DNA of 59,405 nucleotides, filler included, from Pirum gemmata (Eukaryota): NCBI GenBank assembly GCA_002812295.1. It is 11 parts of 11 records of this genome, joined end to end, with 100 filler letters (N's around TTAATTAATTAA, not from the genome) between each part and the next. Parts side by side here need not be neighbours in the genome. Positions count along the whole stretch, not along the records: positions 10,842 to 16,142 come from PDIN01000602.1; positions 16,243 to 21,502 come from PDIN01000603.1; positions 21,603 to 26,918 come from PDIN01000604.1; 8 more parts are not named here. One strand, 5' to 3'. Shown piece by piece: positions 12,037 to 23,136 of this stretch (position 1 is its first letter; each line of letters starts with the position of its first letter). The notes under the pieces were generated by a model. It saw only the letters and a program-made list of their open reading frames with translations, ran no database searches and was not told where the DNA came from. The position numbers and the translations under genes were made by a program.

Positions 12037-12552
12037 ATACAAATGCTAATAATAAACTTTATTGTATGATAATATGATATTATTATAAACTATTCATAAT
12101 GATTTTATATTAATGATGATAGAGTTGACGTTGATGCAAATGCTAAAAATAAACTTTATTGTATGATAATATTAATATGATATTATTATAAACTATTCAT
12201 AATGATTTTATATTAATGATGTTAGAGTTGACGTTGATACAAATGCTAATAATAAACTTTATTGTATGATAATATGATATTATTATTATATAAACTGTTC
12301 ATAATGATTTTATATTAATGATGTTAGAGTTGACGTTGATACAAATGCTAATAATAAACTTTATTGTATGATAATATGATATTATTACAAAACTATTCAT
12401 AGAGTTGACTTTGATACAAATGCTAATAATAGACTTTATATTGCATGATAATATGATATTATTACAAAACTATTCATACTGATTTTATATTAATGATGTT
12501 AGAGTTGACGCTTTATTGTATGATAATATGATATTATTATAAACGTTGATGT
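12037..12552 (+). repeat. Tandem repeat of ~100-bp units, 5-6 copies
   Basis: ATACAAATGCTAATAATAAACTTTATTGTATGATAATATG...AGAGTTGACGTTG recurs at ~12037, 12134, 12237, 12339 and 12414. Confidence 0.9.
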
Positions 12553-12881
12553 TATGATAGTTTTTTTTGTGGGAAGATTGTGCAGAATTTGTCCTAACCC
12601 TTTGTAGCAGGTAATTTTCCATCAATAAAAAATTATTATGATAATGTAATTCGGAAATCTTGTGTTGGATATCATATATAGATATCGATATAAATGGTAC
12701 ATAGCATTTTTTTGTAGTTGAATAATATATTATTATTATTATTATTATTATTGTTATTGTTATTGTTATTGTTATTGTTATTTTTGCTATTATTATTATT
12801 ATTATTATTATTGTTATTATTGTTATTGATTTTGTCATTGTTATTGTTATTGTTACTGTTATTGACATTAACAGTTCTCTC

Positions 12882-13126
12882 TAGACTTCTCCGAATTCTG
12901 CCCCTAAAACTCGACTTTCTGCTTCTGCCTTCTACCCCGAAAAGCTCGATTTCTGCTGAATTTCTGGTCTGTTTGGTCTGTTTGAAATTAAAATTTCAAG
13001 TTTATTAATAAATATATAGGTTTGAAAATTTCGAGCTTATATTTTTATAGTGGTAGAATCAATCAATCATTTTGTCATTTCTCGAAAAAGGCCAAATTCT
13101 GCCCGGGCAGAATTCGGAGAAGTCTA
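12882..13126. mobile_element. 245-bp MITE with perfect 22-bp inverted ends TAGACTTCTCCGAATTCTGCCC
   Basis: 12882-12903 is the exact reverse complement of 13105-13126. The terminal TA could be a Tc1/mariner/pogo-type target duplication. Confidence 0.85.
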
Positions 13127-13787
13127 TGATATGCATACCTGCATAAAAAAGTGCCAGTATGCGAGGAGTCGAGGAGTCGAGGACTCGTCACTCGAGGACC
13201 CCTGAAAATTTTTTTCAATTATTTTTTTCTGGCGATCTAAAATTTGCCCGGCTGGGTGACAGAAACTGTGACAGAGGGTCACAGTCAGATACTACTAGCT
13301 GTCAGATAAAACAGCTGACAAAACTGCAGAAATCATTTTTTGTTGACTTCTTTTCTAAAAATCTTTAGTAGCCAAATTATTATTAAAAACTGGCCATTGG
13401 TTCATAATAGATTTTTCTTAGTTAGATGATTTCTAACATTTTGATAGTATTTTTTATTAAAAAATTGGAGAATTTTTTAAGCTTCTTATGTGGATTTTGC
13501 ATTTTTATTATACCGACTTCTATGATCCAAACTGATGATCCAAACTGATGATCCAAACTTTATTGGTGCGTTTTTACCTTAAAAAAAGAGCTATTTGCCA
13601 AATATGTAGTTTTTTAATACTGGTATTTTACAAATACGACGCATAATCTAAATATTAGTGTGGAGAGTAATATATTATTAGTTATTAGTGTGTGTTTTTA
13701 ATTAAAAAACGTTTTTTTCTTTTCTTTTCTTTGGAAATTATAAGTTATTTATTTATTTACATGATTATGAATAATGTTATTTCTCAA

Positions 13788-14915
13788 TTAGTTAAGTGGA
13801 TCACATCCAACACGTTTTTTACTAATGACAATATCATCCATCCATCCTTCAGCGTTTTGTCCTCTGTCATTTTGGTATACTTGGGCTCCGAATGCCATGT
13901 AAGAATAAGATTGGGGCATACGTCTTTGAGTATTATAAGAAATTTCATCGTTTCTTTGTCCATTCAAAAAGAATTCAAAAAGTTGATTGTTGCCTTTGTC
14001 AACGTGCCATTCAACACATTCCCAATTACCATCATCAAATCCACCGTAGTTATAAGAAGAACCTTTACCCATATTATCATCGGCAAAGTTATAAAGAAAT
14101 TGAATTCCCCCATTGTCAGCTTTGACTGTATCTACTACTCTTACTTCACCGTCACCATTATCAGCAGCCACAAAGGAAGTGTGCATAAATCCATTATTCA
14201 TACCCTTGATTTTAATAAACGCACGACCCCAATGTGTGGTTTCAGTAGGAGTATTTTTCTTCATATAACCTTTGCCGTAATTATTTGCACCCTGTTTATT
14301 GTCAGAATAAAATTTCAAACTACTTTTACCTGCACCATGACCTACACCATTATCGATATCTACTAAATTACCAAAGGAAAATCCAGGAAAATCACCTTTT
14401 GATTTTCCTTCAAAATCAATACACATTAAGTAATCAGGATTATCACATCCATTTTTAGGTTTAGGTTTTTCTGCAGGTTTTTCAGGTTTTTCCGGTTTTT
14501 CGCCTTCAGGTCGAGGCTCTAACTCTAGGATTTCCTCGAAAAGCCCACCATTACCACCTGTACCAGTACCACCACTAGTCGGACAACCAGAACCATAGTA
14601 ACCTACTAGCATGTTATCAACTATTGAAGATTGAAAAAATTCGTCTTGAAAACAAGAAGTATCTCGAACGTGCAAACTTTTCCCATTTGGGCCAAACATT
14701 GTAACAGAAAATTCGTTATCCACTTCCACCGCTTTAATGTTATTGTCTCCAAAGTAGGTCTTTAAATCTTCAAGGGAATAATCGCCTACTTTCAAAGTAG
14801 AAACTAAACCAGTAGGTTTAAGATTGCCATCACAACTACTGTAGAATCGCACATCTGCGTTTACTGTTACAGCGGCACCGGCTAATAAAGCAAGGGAATT
14901 TCTTGAGAAGAACAT
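13788..14915 (-). CDS. Secreted 375-aa protein: signal peptide, beta/gamma-crystallin-like domain, G- and PEK-rich linker, Cip1-like (polysaccharide-lyase-like beta-sandwich) domain
   Basis: Single uninterrupted ORF with a hydrophobic N-terminus ending VNA. LKVGDYSLEDLK...NNIKAVEV...VTMF...TSCF resembles bacterial crystallin-type modules. MCIDFEG...WGRAF...HTSF...WECVEW...WMDDIVISKKRVGC matches the Cip1 core pattern. Confidence 0.85.
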   Translation of the reverse strand: MFFSRNSLALLAGAAVTVNADVRFYSSCDGNLKPTGLVSTLKVGDYSLEDLKTYFGDNNIKAVEVDNEFSVTMFGPNGKSLHVRDTSCFQDEFFQSSIVDNMLVGYYGSGCPTSGGTGTGGNGGLFEEILELEPRPEGEKPEKPEKPAEKPKPKNGCDNPDYLMCIDFEGKSKGDFPGFSFGNLVDIDNGVGHGAGKSSLKFYSDNKQGANNYGKGYMKKNTPTETTHWGRAFIKIKGMNNGFMHTSFVAADNGDGEVRVVDTVKADNGGIQFLYNFADDNMGKGSSYNYGGFDDGNWECVEWHVDKGNNQLFEFFLNGQRNDEISYNTQRRMPQSYSYMAFGAQVYQNDRGQNAEGWMDDIVISKKRVGCDPLN

Positions 14916-15510
14916 TATTATTTATTTATCTTTTATCTATCTATCTATTATTATTATTATTACTAATAATTAATACACAGTATTAATTATTATTATATTA
15001 TTTTTATTAATTTTTAATTTTTAATTTTTTTGGTTTTGGTTTGATTAATTAATACACAGTATTAATTTATTATTATTTTTAATTTTTTTAAAAGTTTTTG
15101 TTTTTATTTTTGCCTTATTATGGTTTCATCCTTTTAAATACTAAAAAAATAAAAGTAGTCTCATGGCTTTTTTTATTAATTTATTTTTATTTATTATTAT
15201 TATTTTTATTATTATTATTATTATTCTTTTTTTGTTTGTTTGTTTTCTTCACCTCTCTATTCCTTTCTATTCCTTTTTTTAGAAAATAAATAGGTGTGTT
15301 TTAGGTTTTCTAAAGCAGCTGTTTTAGCTATGCTAGTAGGTTTTTGAGCAATAATGAGTCTGCATGATGCACGTTTCCCAGGACCTTTGCCTGGCTCTGA
15401 CGTAGTGCTACGGCTACAGCCATACAGATTTTAAAAAATAAAACATTAGGTATGTTTATAACCAATTATATGGCTAAATATTTTTGTTTTGAAAATTGAT
15501 ATAATATACA

Positions 15511-15723
15511 AGTAGGGGTGAGATATCTACTGGAACTTTTTTCGAACAGATGCTTATCGAGCCAACCTTAATAATAGCAGATAAATAGCTTAAAATAGTA
15601 AAGTTAATTATAGTAGATACCAATTAAAGTAATAAAATTAACATTAATAGTAATAAACCATAAAATCGGATAAGTTCCGGCAGCTGTTCGGTAACAGTAA
15701 AATGACGTCATCTCACCCCTACT
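15511..15723 (+). mobile_element. MITE family B, full copy
   Basis: Both 14-bp ends present, with a small internal deletion relative to 11227-11459. Confidence 0.9.
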
Positions 15724-15851
15724 GTTAAACCAGTAAACCTAATAAAATAATATAATCTTATTTTAATTAAAAAAAATAAATGTCTAAAAAAATGAAGGGG
15801 GAGGTAATAATGATAATAATATAATAATAATAATAATAATTAATGATAATG

Positions 15852-15911
<60 letters not shown>

Positions 15912-16242
15912 TTAACATGAATTACCAGTTTGTTGATATCTCTTGATCTGATAAAAAAGGTCAGTTTCTCTCGCGATCGCTAATGATGTCTATTATATGT
16001 TCGAATATTTCAAATCTATTTAATAACTATTACATTACTTATGTTCGAAATATGAAATTATAGTGAAACCCAAAAGCCGGGCGTTTTTAGCTTGTTTCTC
16101 CCTAGATTAAATAATAGATAATAAATAATAATAAATAATAAANNNNNNNNNNNNNNNNNNNNNNNNNNNNNNNNNNNNNNNNNNNNTTAATTAATTAANN
16201 NNNNNNNNNNNNNNNNNNNNNNNNNNNNNNNNNNNNNNNNNN

Positions 16243-16356
16243 TCGTTACGTCATAAGGGGTAGGTAGTCCTTCTCAAACGTTACAAGGCCGTTACACGGG
16301 TGTAGTAGGGTAGGTTTTTGTCCCAAATCGGCGTTACGTAATTATTGAACGCTCCC
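16243..16356 (-). mobile_element. PIF/Harbinger-like MITE (family C1), partial
   Basis: End GGGAGCGTTCAATAATTACGT flanked by TTA/TAA. A matching copy lies at 53798-53922. Confidence 0.75.
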
Positions 16357-16604
16357 TTAGCAGTACGATACCTCTAGCTAGCTATGACCTAGCTAGCTAT
16401 CATATCATAGCTAGCTAGCAAGACCTAGCTAGACCAATAGGCCCGAGACTGGTCCGACCACTAGCTAGCTAGCTAGCTAGCTAGGTATAAACCTGAGGTG
16501 TAGACTATAAACCACTGACCTCAAAGCAAAAATAACTGACAAAAACAAAAATAACTCAAAAAACTTCAAAAATATCAAAGACCCCTCTAGCTAGCTAGCT
16601 ATCA

Positions 16605-16734
16605 ATACGTAACACCAATTTCCAGTCAAATAAACTTCAAATACCCCTACCTACCTACCCCTTGACGTTAATTTCCAGTCAAATCCCGCCTACCTACCTA
16701 CCCCTTGACGCGACGTATTATTTGAACGCTCCCC
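16605..16734. mobile_element. PIF/Harbinger-like MITE (family C2) with CCTACCTACCCCTTGACG internal repeats
   Basis: Shares the terminus ACGTATTATTTGAACGCTCCC. Copies at 50004-50126 and ~55580-55710. Confidence 0.75.
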
Positions 16735-18593
16735 TACTATATACCTACTATATACCTACTAGAGCTAGAAAGACCCCAGGAAAAAGAAAATAATAGAGAA
16801 TGAAAATCAAAGACCCCAGGAAATGGAGTCTTTGCCTGGTCTTGCTGAAAATATATAGACTATGATATGAAAACTATATGAAAGTATCATAACTATGAAA
16901 GTCTAGCTAGCTAGCTAGTAGACCTACTGGTATGATAGATATGAAAAGTAATGAATGGTAGTCTACTAGGCTAGCTAGTGGTAACCAGTAGCGGTAACTA
17001 CCAGCTGGTAAAAAAGTCTAAAAATAACTTTCAAGAAAATAATTAGAAATAATTTAGAAAATCAACCAATAATTCCAACAATACTAAAAAAGATTATATT
17101 ATATAGTTAAATTATATAGAACTAAATAGACTAGATATTAATAATATAAGTGTAGCAGTTGAGTAGACTAGCTAGCTAGCTAACAACTGTCTAACTGACT
17201 CTAACTGTGTAGTCTATTATTATTATAGAGTAAATTGTGTGATCTATTATAAATACACTATTGTGCACGTGCTTTTCATTTATTTTGTCACTTTGAACAG
17301 ATGCTTTGAATATTTATTTTGTCTATCGATAGGCTAGCTAGGGCAGCTGCTGCAACAAAAATACAAAACAATATTAATACAAAGAAACAAAAGCAATCAA
17401 ACCAACCCAAAACATAACACGTTATCAGCACCAAGCATACAGTAAGAATACTCACAAAATTCCTGTAAACATATACGCCGTGGTTGTAAGGGCTACAGAA
17501 TCTGATAAGAAACCCAATGAATCATAACTACTATTACCCAATAAATTACCACTACCACCACCAACTCTATCACTGGAGGTACCCTGATGGGGAAAAGGTA
17601 CAGGTAATAAAATACCCTTGCTACTTAAAAGTTTTAGTCGCGTAGGTATTGTAAAAAGTAAAAGTATCTTCTAGTACTATTACTTCTCCTACCTTATCAG
17701 TAGGAATAATCGAACATTAAACAGAACCAAATAGTATTTGACTTGCCATTTTGCAAGTATTTCGTCAGACCAAAAATTTGGCAAGGAGTTCTACATCTTG
17801 TGCTAATTCTATTTTACATTCAACACTATTCAAGTTATATTTCAACTGAACTACCAACTCCCTCAAAATTAACAGGTGCCTTGCTATTGGTCCATTTCAT
17901 ATTCAATGTGTATTATAAGTTATCGTGGTTTAGATTGAGATGAAGATTTACTATTAGGATAACGAGTATCTTTGCTGCTGCTGTTAGAACAAGTGAAGCG
18001 TTAAAAAAAGAAAATTATTATTGTTATTCTAAAGTGACAGGATAAAAAAGAATAAAATCTTACTGTCATAATGTTTATCCATGAAACCTACCACCTTTAG
18101 CCAAATCATTATTAAAACTTTTATAAAAATCAATAAAAAGGGAATCATTCGTCCTGATCTGTCATTTTGTAAGTATTATACTATTTCCATTGTGATAAAT
18201 ATTTTTTATTTTATTTTTCAAGTATAGAAGTGTATATAAAATTAATGTATTATTGAAAAAAATTATTGTACTTTGTACTATTTCACTATTTTATAGAGGA
18301 ACTAACTCAACTTATATATAATATTATATTATAATCATTTAGAAAAGTGTGTAGGTTAAAAAAAGTCCAGTTTTACCAGTAAATCTAGCTAGAAGAATAC
18401 TGCTCCCCCTGTTTCATATTATATATACATAGCATAAACATACATGTATATATACATTATGTAAACTAGATAATATATAAAGATTTACTCTTTCTTGCTT
18501 AGTTTTCCCTTTTTTTTTTTTTTTTTTTTTTTCAAAAAAACAAAAAAAAAATACAATGAAAAAAAAAAAAAAAGTCATTATTATCCATCACAC

Positions 18594-19331
18594 TTAATTT
18601 TTAACAATTTCAAAATCTCCTTGACTGATTTGACTTCTCATTGTAACATGCTCATCATTTTCAGTATTTCCACGTGCACTACCCAGACTATCTGTTCCAT
18701 TTAAACTATTTTGCATCATATTGTTGTTACCACCCTGTTGCTGCTGTTTATTAAAGTTGCTATTGACATTGTTACCATTTAAAACTTTACTCCCAGACCA
18801 TAAGCGATACAATATGACCACAAACCATAGCCCCAACAAAATCGTAAACATCCCGATGCTTATATTTTGCCACAAAGTAGTGGTCTTGGTATTGCCTAAA
18901 TAATTTTCTCCTAAAAAATATAAACCTGAGTAAATGCAATAAAAACCTAGAATGGGCAACGAGCGCCCAGTTAGACGATGTAGACCTTCCCACGCTGAAC
19001 GGAAAAACAAAGCGGATGTGCTTGTTTTAACCATGTTACTTGGTTTATCCGGGCGAAAAATTCCGTTGAGGATTTGCAAGGAAATAATTACCATAATAGC
19101 CAATCCAGCTTGCGAGTGATGGGTCATAAAGTGGTCATCGCCATATTTAGATTTGTATTGAATAATAATGAAAAAGCCGGCGACTGTCAGCCCTGTTGCT
19201 AGCATCATAACCAAGACGTGAGTTAAAAAAGTTGGGCGGTTTAAAGGTTTGACGAGGACTGGAATGAAAAACCCGAAAGGCACTAGTATACCCCAGGCTA
19301 CACCCATCAAGACTACGTGTAGAAGCATTTT
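18594..19331 (-). CDS. Cytochrome b561 / ferric reductase transmembrane domain (DOMON-associated type); probably a terminal exon
   Basis: About five TM segments with four heme-ligand His (LHVVLMGVAWG, THVLV, HHSQAG, LHRLTGR). TACTAAC branch point at 19366-19372 and in-frame AG acceptor at 19332-19333. Confidence 0.88.
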   Translation of the reverse strand, partial: KMLLHVVLMGVAWGILVPFGFFIPVLVKPLNRPTFLTHVLVMMLATGLTVAGFFIIIQYKSKYGDDHFMTHHSQAGLAIMVIISLQILNGIFRPDKPSNMVKTSTSALFFRSAWEGLHRLTGRSLPILGFYCIYSGLYFLGENYLGNTKTTTLWQNISIGMFTILLGLWFVVILYRLWSGSKVLNGNNVNSNFNKQQQQGGNNNMMQNSLNGTDSLGSARGNTENDEHVTMRSQISQGDFEIVKN

Positions 19332-19543
19332 CTATTATTTTTATATTATTATTATTAATTATAAGGTTAGTACGTACTAGTTAATTAACTGTTATTATTG
19401 TTATCATTTTGAAATTTGTTATTATTATCAATATTTTATTATTATTATTATTATTATTATTTTATTCATTATTAGTATAATTATTATTATTATCATTATT
19501 ATATATTATATCACTATTATTAAATAATATATTATTACTATTA

Positions 19544-19576
<33 letters not shown>

Positions 19577-19693
19577 GTGTGGCTTATTGTTGATTAAAAC
19601 AGGGATTTGAGTGTATTTAATTTATAGATAGGCTTAGATAGGCACAGTGAAGGTTAATTAATAGGGTTAGGATTAGGGTTAGGGTTAGGGTTT

Positions 19694-21195
19694 TTACCAA
19701 AATGTTAAGTGTTAAGAAAAAGTATGAGTAATGCTTGCCAAAATTTTAGTCTTAAGTAGAAGTAGAAAAACGGGTTTCTATAATTTTAGTGTTAAGTAAA
19801 TTAAAGAAATGATTTGCCAAACGTTTGGTGCTAAGATGGTTTGCCAAAATGTTGTGTTAAGTAAAAGTAGAGAAAATGATTTGCCAAAATGTTGGTGCTA
19901 AATAAAAATAGGTAAATGGTTTACTAAAATTTGAGTTGTAAGGAAAAGTAGAGAAATGCCAAAATTTTTGTGTAAAGCAAAAATAGCTAAATGATTTGCC
20001 AAAATTTTAGTGTTAAATAAAGGTAGAGAAATGTTTGGCAACATTTTCGTTTGAACTAAATATAGAGGAATGGTTTGGTAAAACGTTATTGTAAAACAAA
20101 AATAGAAAAATGGTTTGGCAAAATTTCAGTGTTCAAAAAAGTAGAGAAATGGTTTAGCCAAATTTGCGTGTTAAGTAAAAATTTGCGTGTTAAGTATAAA
20201 TAGGTAAATGGTTTGGGAAAATTTGAAATGTTAAATACAAGTAGAGAAATGGTTTGACAAAATTTTAGTGTAAAGCAAAAATAGAGAAATGGTTTGGCAA
20301 AGTTAGTGTTAAGTAAAAGAAGAAAAAATGGTTTGGCAAAATTTGAATGTTAAGTAAAAATAAAGAAATGGTTTAGCAAAATTTTAATGTTAAGTAAAAG
20401 CAGAGAAATGGTTTATCGAAATTTTAGTGCAAAGTAAAAATAGAGAAATGATTTGACAAAAGTTTAGTGTTAAGTAAAATGAAGAAATGGTTTGGCAAAA
20501 TTTGAATGTTAAGTAAAAGCAGAGAAATGGTTTGATAAAATTTTAGTGTAAAGTAAAAATAGAGAAATGGTTTGACAAAATTTTAGTGTTAAGTAAAAAT
20601 AAAGAAATAGTGTTAAGCAAAAATAGAGAAATGGATTGGCAAAAAATTAATGTTAAGTAAAAGTAGAGAAATTGTTTGACAAAATTTTAGTGTAAAGTTA
20701 AAATAGAGAAATGGTTTGACAAAATTTTAGTGTTAAGTAAAGATAGAGAAATGGTAGGACAAAATGTTAGTGTTAAGTAAAAATAGAGAAATGGTTTGGC
20801 AAAATTTTAATGTTAAGTAAAAGTAGAGAAATTGTTTGACAAAATTTTAGTGTAAAGTAAAAATAGAGAAATGGGTTGACAAAAGTTTAGTGTTAAGTGA
20901 AAATAGAGAAATGGTTTGGCAAAATTTGAATGTTAAGTAAAAGGAGAGACATGTTTTGGCAAATTTTACTGTAAAAGTAAGAATAGAGAAATGGTTCGGC
21001 AAAATTTTAGTGTTAAGTAAAAGAAGAAAAATAGTTTGGCAAAATGTTAGTGGAAAGTAAAAATAGAAATAATTTGGCAAAATTTGAATGTTAGTAAAAG
21101 TAGAGAAAAGGTTTGACAAAGTTTTGGTATGAAGTAAAAATAGATAGCCAAAATTTTAGTTTTTAAGTGAAGTAGACAAATGGTTTTCCAAAGTT
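19694..21195 (+). repeat. 40-bp minisatellite, ~37 copies (AAAATTTTAGTGTTAAGTAAAAATAGAGAAATGGTTTGGC), abutting a short TTAGGG run at 19662-19690
   Basis: Exact 40-bp period visible at 20761-20960. The edges are more degenerate. Confidence 0.95.
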
Positions 21196-21654
21196 TGTTA
21201 ATTTCGGTTTTTTTATTCATTTATTCATTATGTCATTTATTAAATTAAATTGAATAGAGGTTTCAAGTTCACAAAATAGTCTTGCCAACTTTTTCATGGA
21301 GGAAGGGATACGAGAGCAATCAATTGGGGGCAGTAGTTTACATAATATGGGTGAGGTTGATATTGCTATTTTCATCTATTTTCACAATTTATACATTTGA
21401 CCTTTTTTTTTTCGTTTAGAACTTTATAAAAATCTGTATTAATGTTTGTTAATTTAATATCTAAAGTATTCTGATTGTTTTGATTATTATTATTATTATT
21501 ATNNNNNNNNNNNNNNNNNNNNNNNNNNNNNNNNNNNNNNNNNNNNTTAATTAATTAANNNNNNNNNNNNNNNNNNNNNNNNNNNNNNNNNNNNNNNNNN
21601 NNTAATAATAATAATAATATATATTTTTTAATTTTTTGTAATTTCTTCTATCAT

Positions 21655-22110
21655 GAGATATGGGAAAACATAATCGAATCAAACAGCTCGGTCCTAATTA
21701 TTTAATAGTGACAATTTTGAAATGATATTCTTTTTTTTTTCGATTTATTTTTTTTCTTAGAAATTCATGAAAAAACCTACTACTACTACTACTACTACCA
21801 CCACTACTATTAGCTTATAGCTTCAAAGTAATAAATAATTTTAGCCATAATTATTAATTAAGAAAAAGTAGGAGTAAAAGTAGTAATATTATTATATTAG
21901 GTATAGTTATTAAGTAAAAGTAGTATGATAGTAAAAGTAGTAATAATATTATATTAGCTGTAGGACTCTGTAGGATAATGTTGTAGTATTAGTATTGTTC
22001 GTAATATAAGAATTAGTGGTGCATACTTATCATTGTCAATGCTTTTAAAATTAGATCGAAAAATCTCTAAAGTTTCAAACTAGTTTCGATTCGATGATTT
22101 TCCCCCATTC
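21655..22110 (-). mobile_element. Expanded reverse copy of the MITE at 56658-56837 (family F)
   Basis: 21655-21700 and 22036-22110 are reverse complements of the two ends of 56658-56837. Confidence 0.7.
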
Positions 22111-22318
22111 AAAAAGAAAAGAAGTCTAAAAAAAAACATTTCGTTTCTTATCGAAAAGTACGAATCAAGACGAATCAAGGCTCGAACTTTCTTGAAATGG
22201 TTTGAGCACTTATGAAGTTTAACATTATTGGTGCATAACAATAGTAAAAAACCTTTTTTAGTTTATCATCTAAATTTGGTAGTTCATTACGCTTTTTTTT
22301 TTTTCATTTTTTTTTTTT

Positions 22319-22349
<31 letters not shown>

Positions 22350-22747
22350 ATTTTTTTTTTTTCATTTATTTATTCATTTTATATTTTAATTTAAAATTTT
22401 ATTTATTCATTTTATTTATTTTATTTATTTTATTTATTTTATTTATTTTATTTATTTTATTTATTTTATTATTCATTTAGTTCATTTATTCATTTATCAA
22501 TTTATTATTGTATTGTGCTATGCTGTATTGAATTGATAAGGTATACGTATTGTATGATATTGTATTGTATTGTATTGTATTGTATTATATTATATTGTAT
22601 TTTTATTGTATTTGATTGTATTGTATGGTATTGTAGTGTATTGTAATAGTATTACATTAAAAAACGAGTAAAAGAACAAAATAAATAAATGAAAAAAATA
22701 AAAAATCGTGAGCAGGTCTATAATATTATAGTATTGATATCATATCA

Positions 22748-22980
22748 TAGTAAATGCCCCCTTAAATTGGCACTAATTCCGCAACCCACATCCATTTATG
22801 GCTTCCCAATTAAGTAAATTGTAAACCATAAACAGTAAAATGAGTTGCTTTTTTAGAAACAGTCTTAGTATAGTAACTTAAGTTACTTTAAATAGTTTAT
22901 TTTCACTATATATAGTAAGCCACAGCCGCAGCGGAAAATGAAAATTTCATAGTCATATTGAAGGGGTGTCACCCTTCCTA
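22748..22980. mobile_element. Family D element, second copy
   Basis: Colinear with 1144-1350, plus a ~30-bp insertion near the left end. Confidence 0.75.
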
Positions 22981-22985
22981 TACTA

Positions 22986-23026
<41 letters not shown>

Positions 23027-23136
23027 TATTATTACTATTATTATTATTATTTATAAAACTAGGCCACAAGAAAGTTCTAATTATAGTCGTATTGACATTA
23101 ATATTTAATATTTATTTTTTTTATTAATAAATTCAG

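Noticed and set aside
12485..13008. Poly-I/L/T/V and similar ORFs here and at 26390-27283, 31794-32144, 36342-36929, 42585-43202, 52224 and 55132-55413
   Set aside because: These are translations of microsatellites, homopolymers, telomeric repeats or N gaps.
13692..14366. 224-aa plus-strand ORF
   Set aside because: Antisense shadow of the 375-aa secreted protein. The same applies to 57286-57897, 57996-58413 and 47629-47868.
17430..17950. GC-richer, coding-like minus-strand region
   Set aside because: Multiple stops and frameshifts and no recognisable motif, so no family can be assigned.
19694..21195. 40-bp array as a CRISPR array or repeat-protein gene (20847-21119 ORF)
   Set aside because: Units are contiguous with no unique spacers, 40 is not a multiple of 3, there are no cas genes, and the context is eukaryotic.
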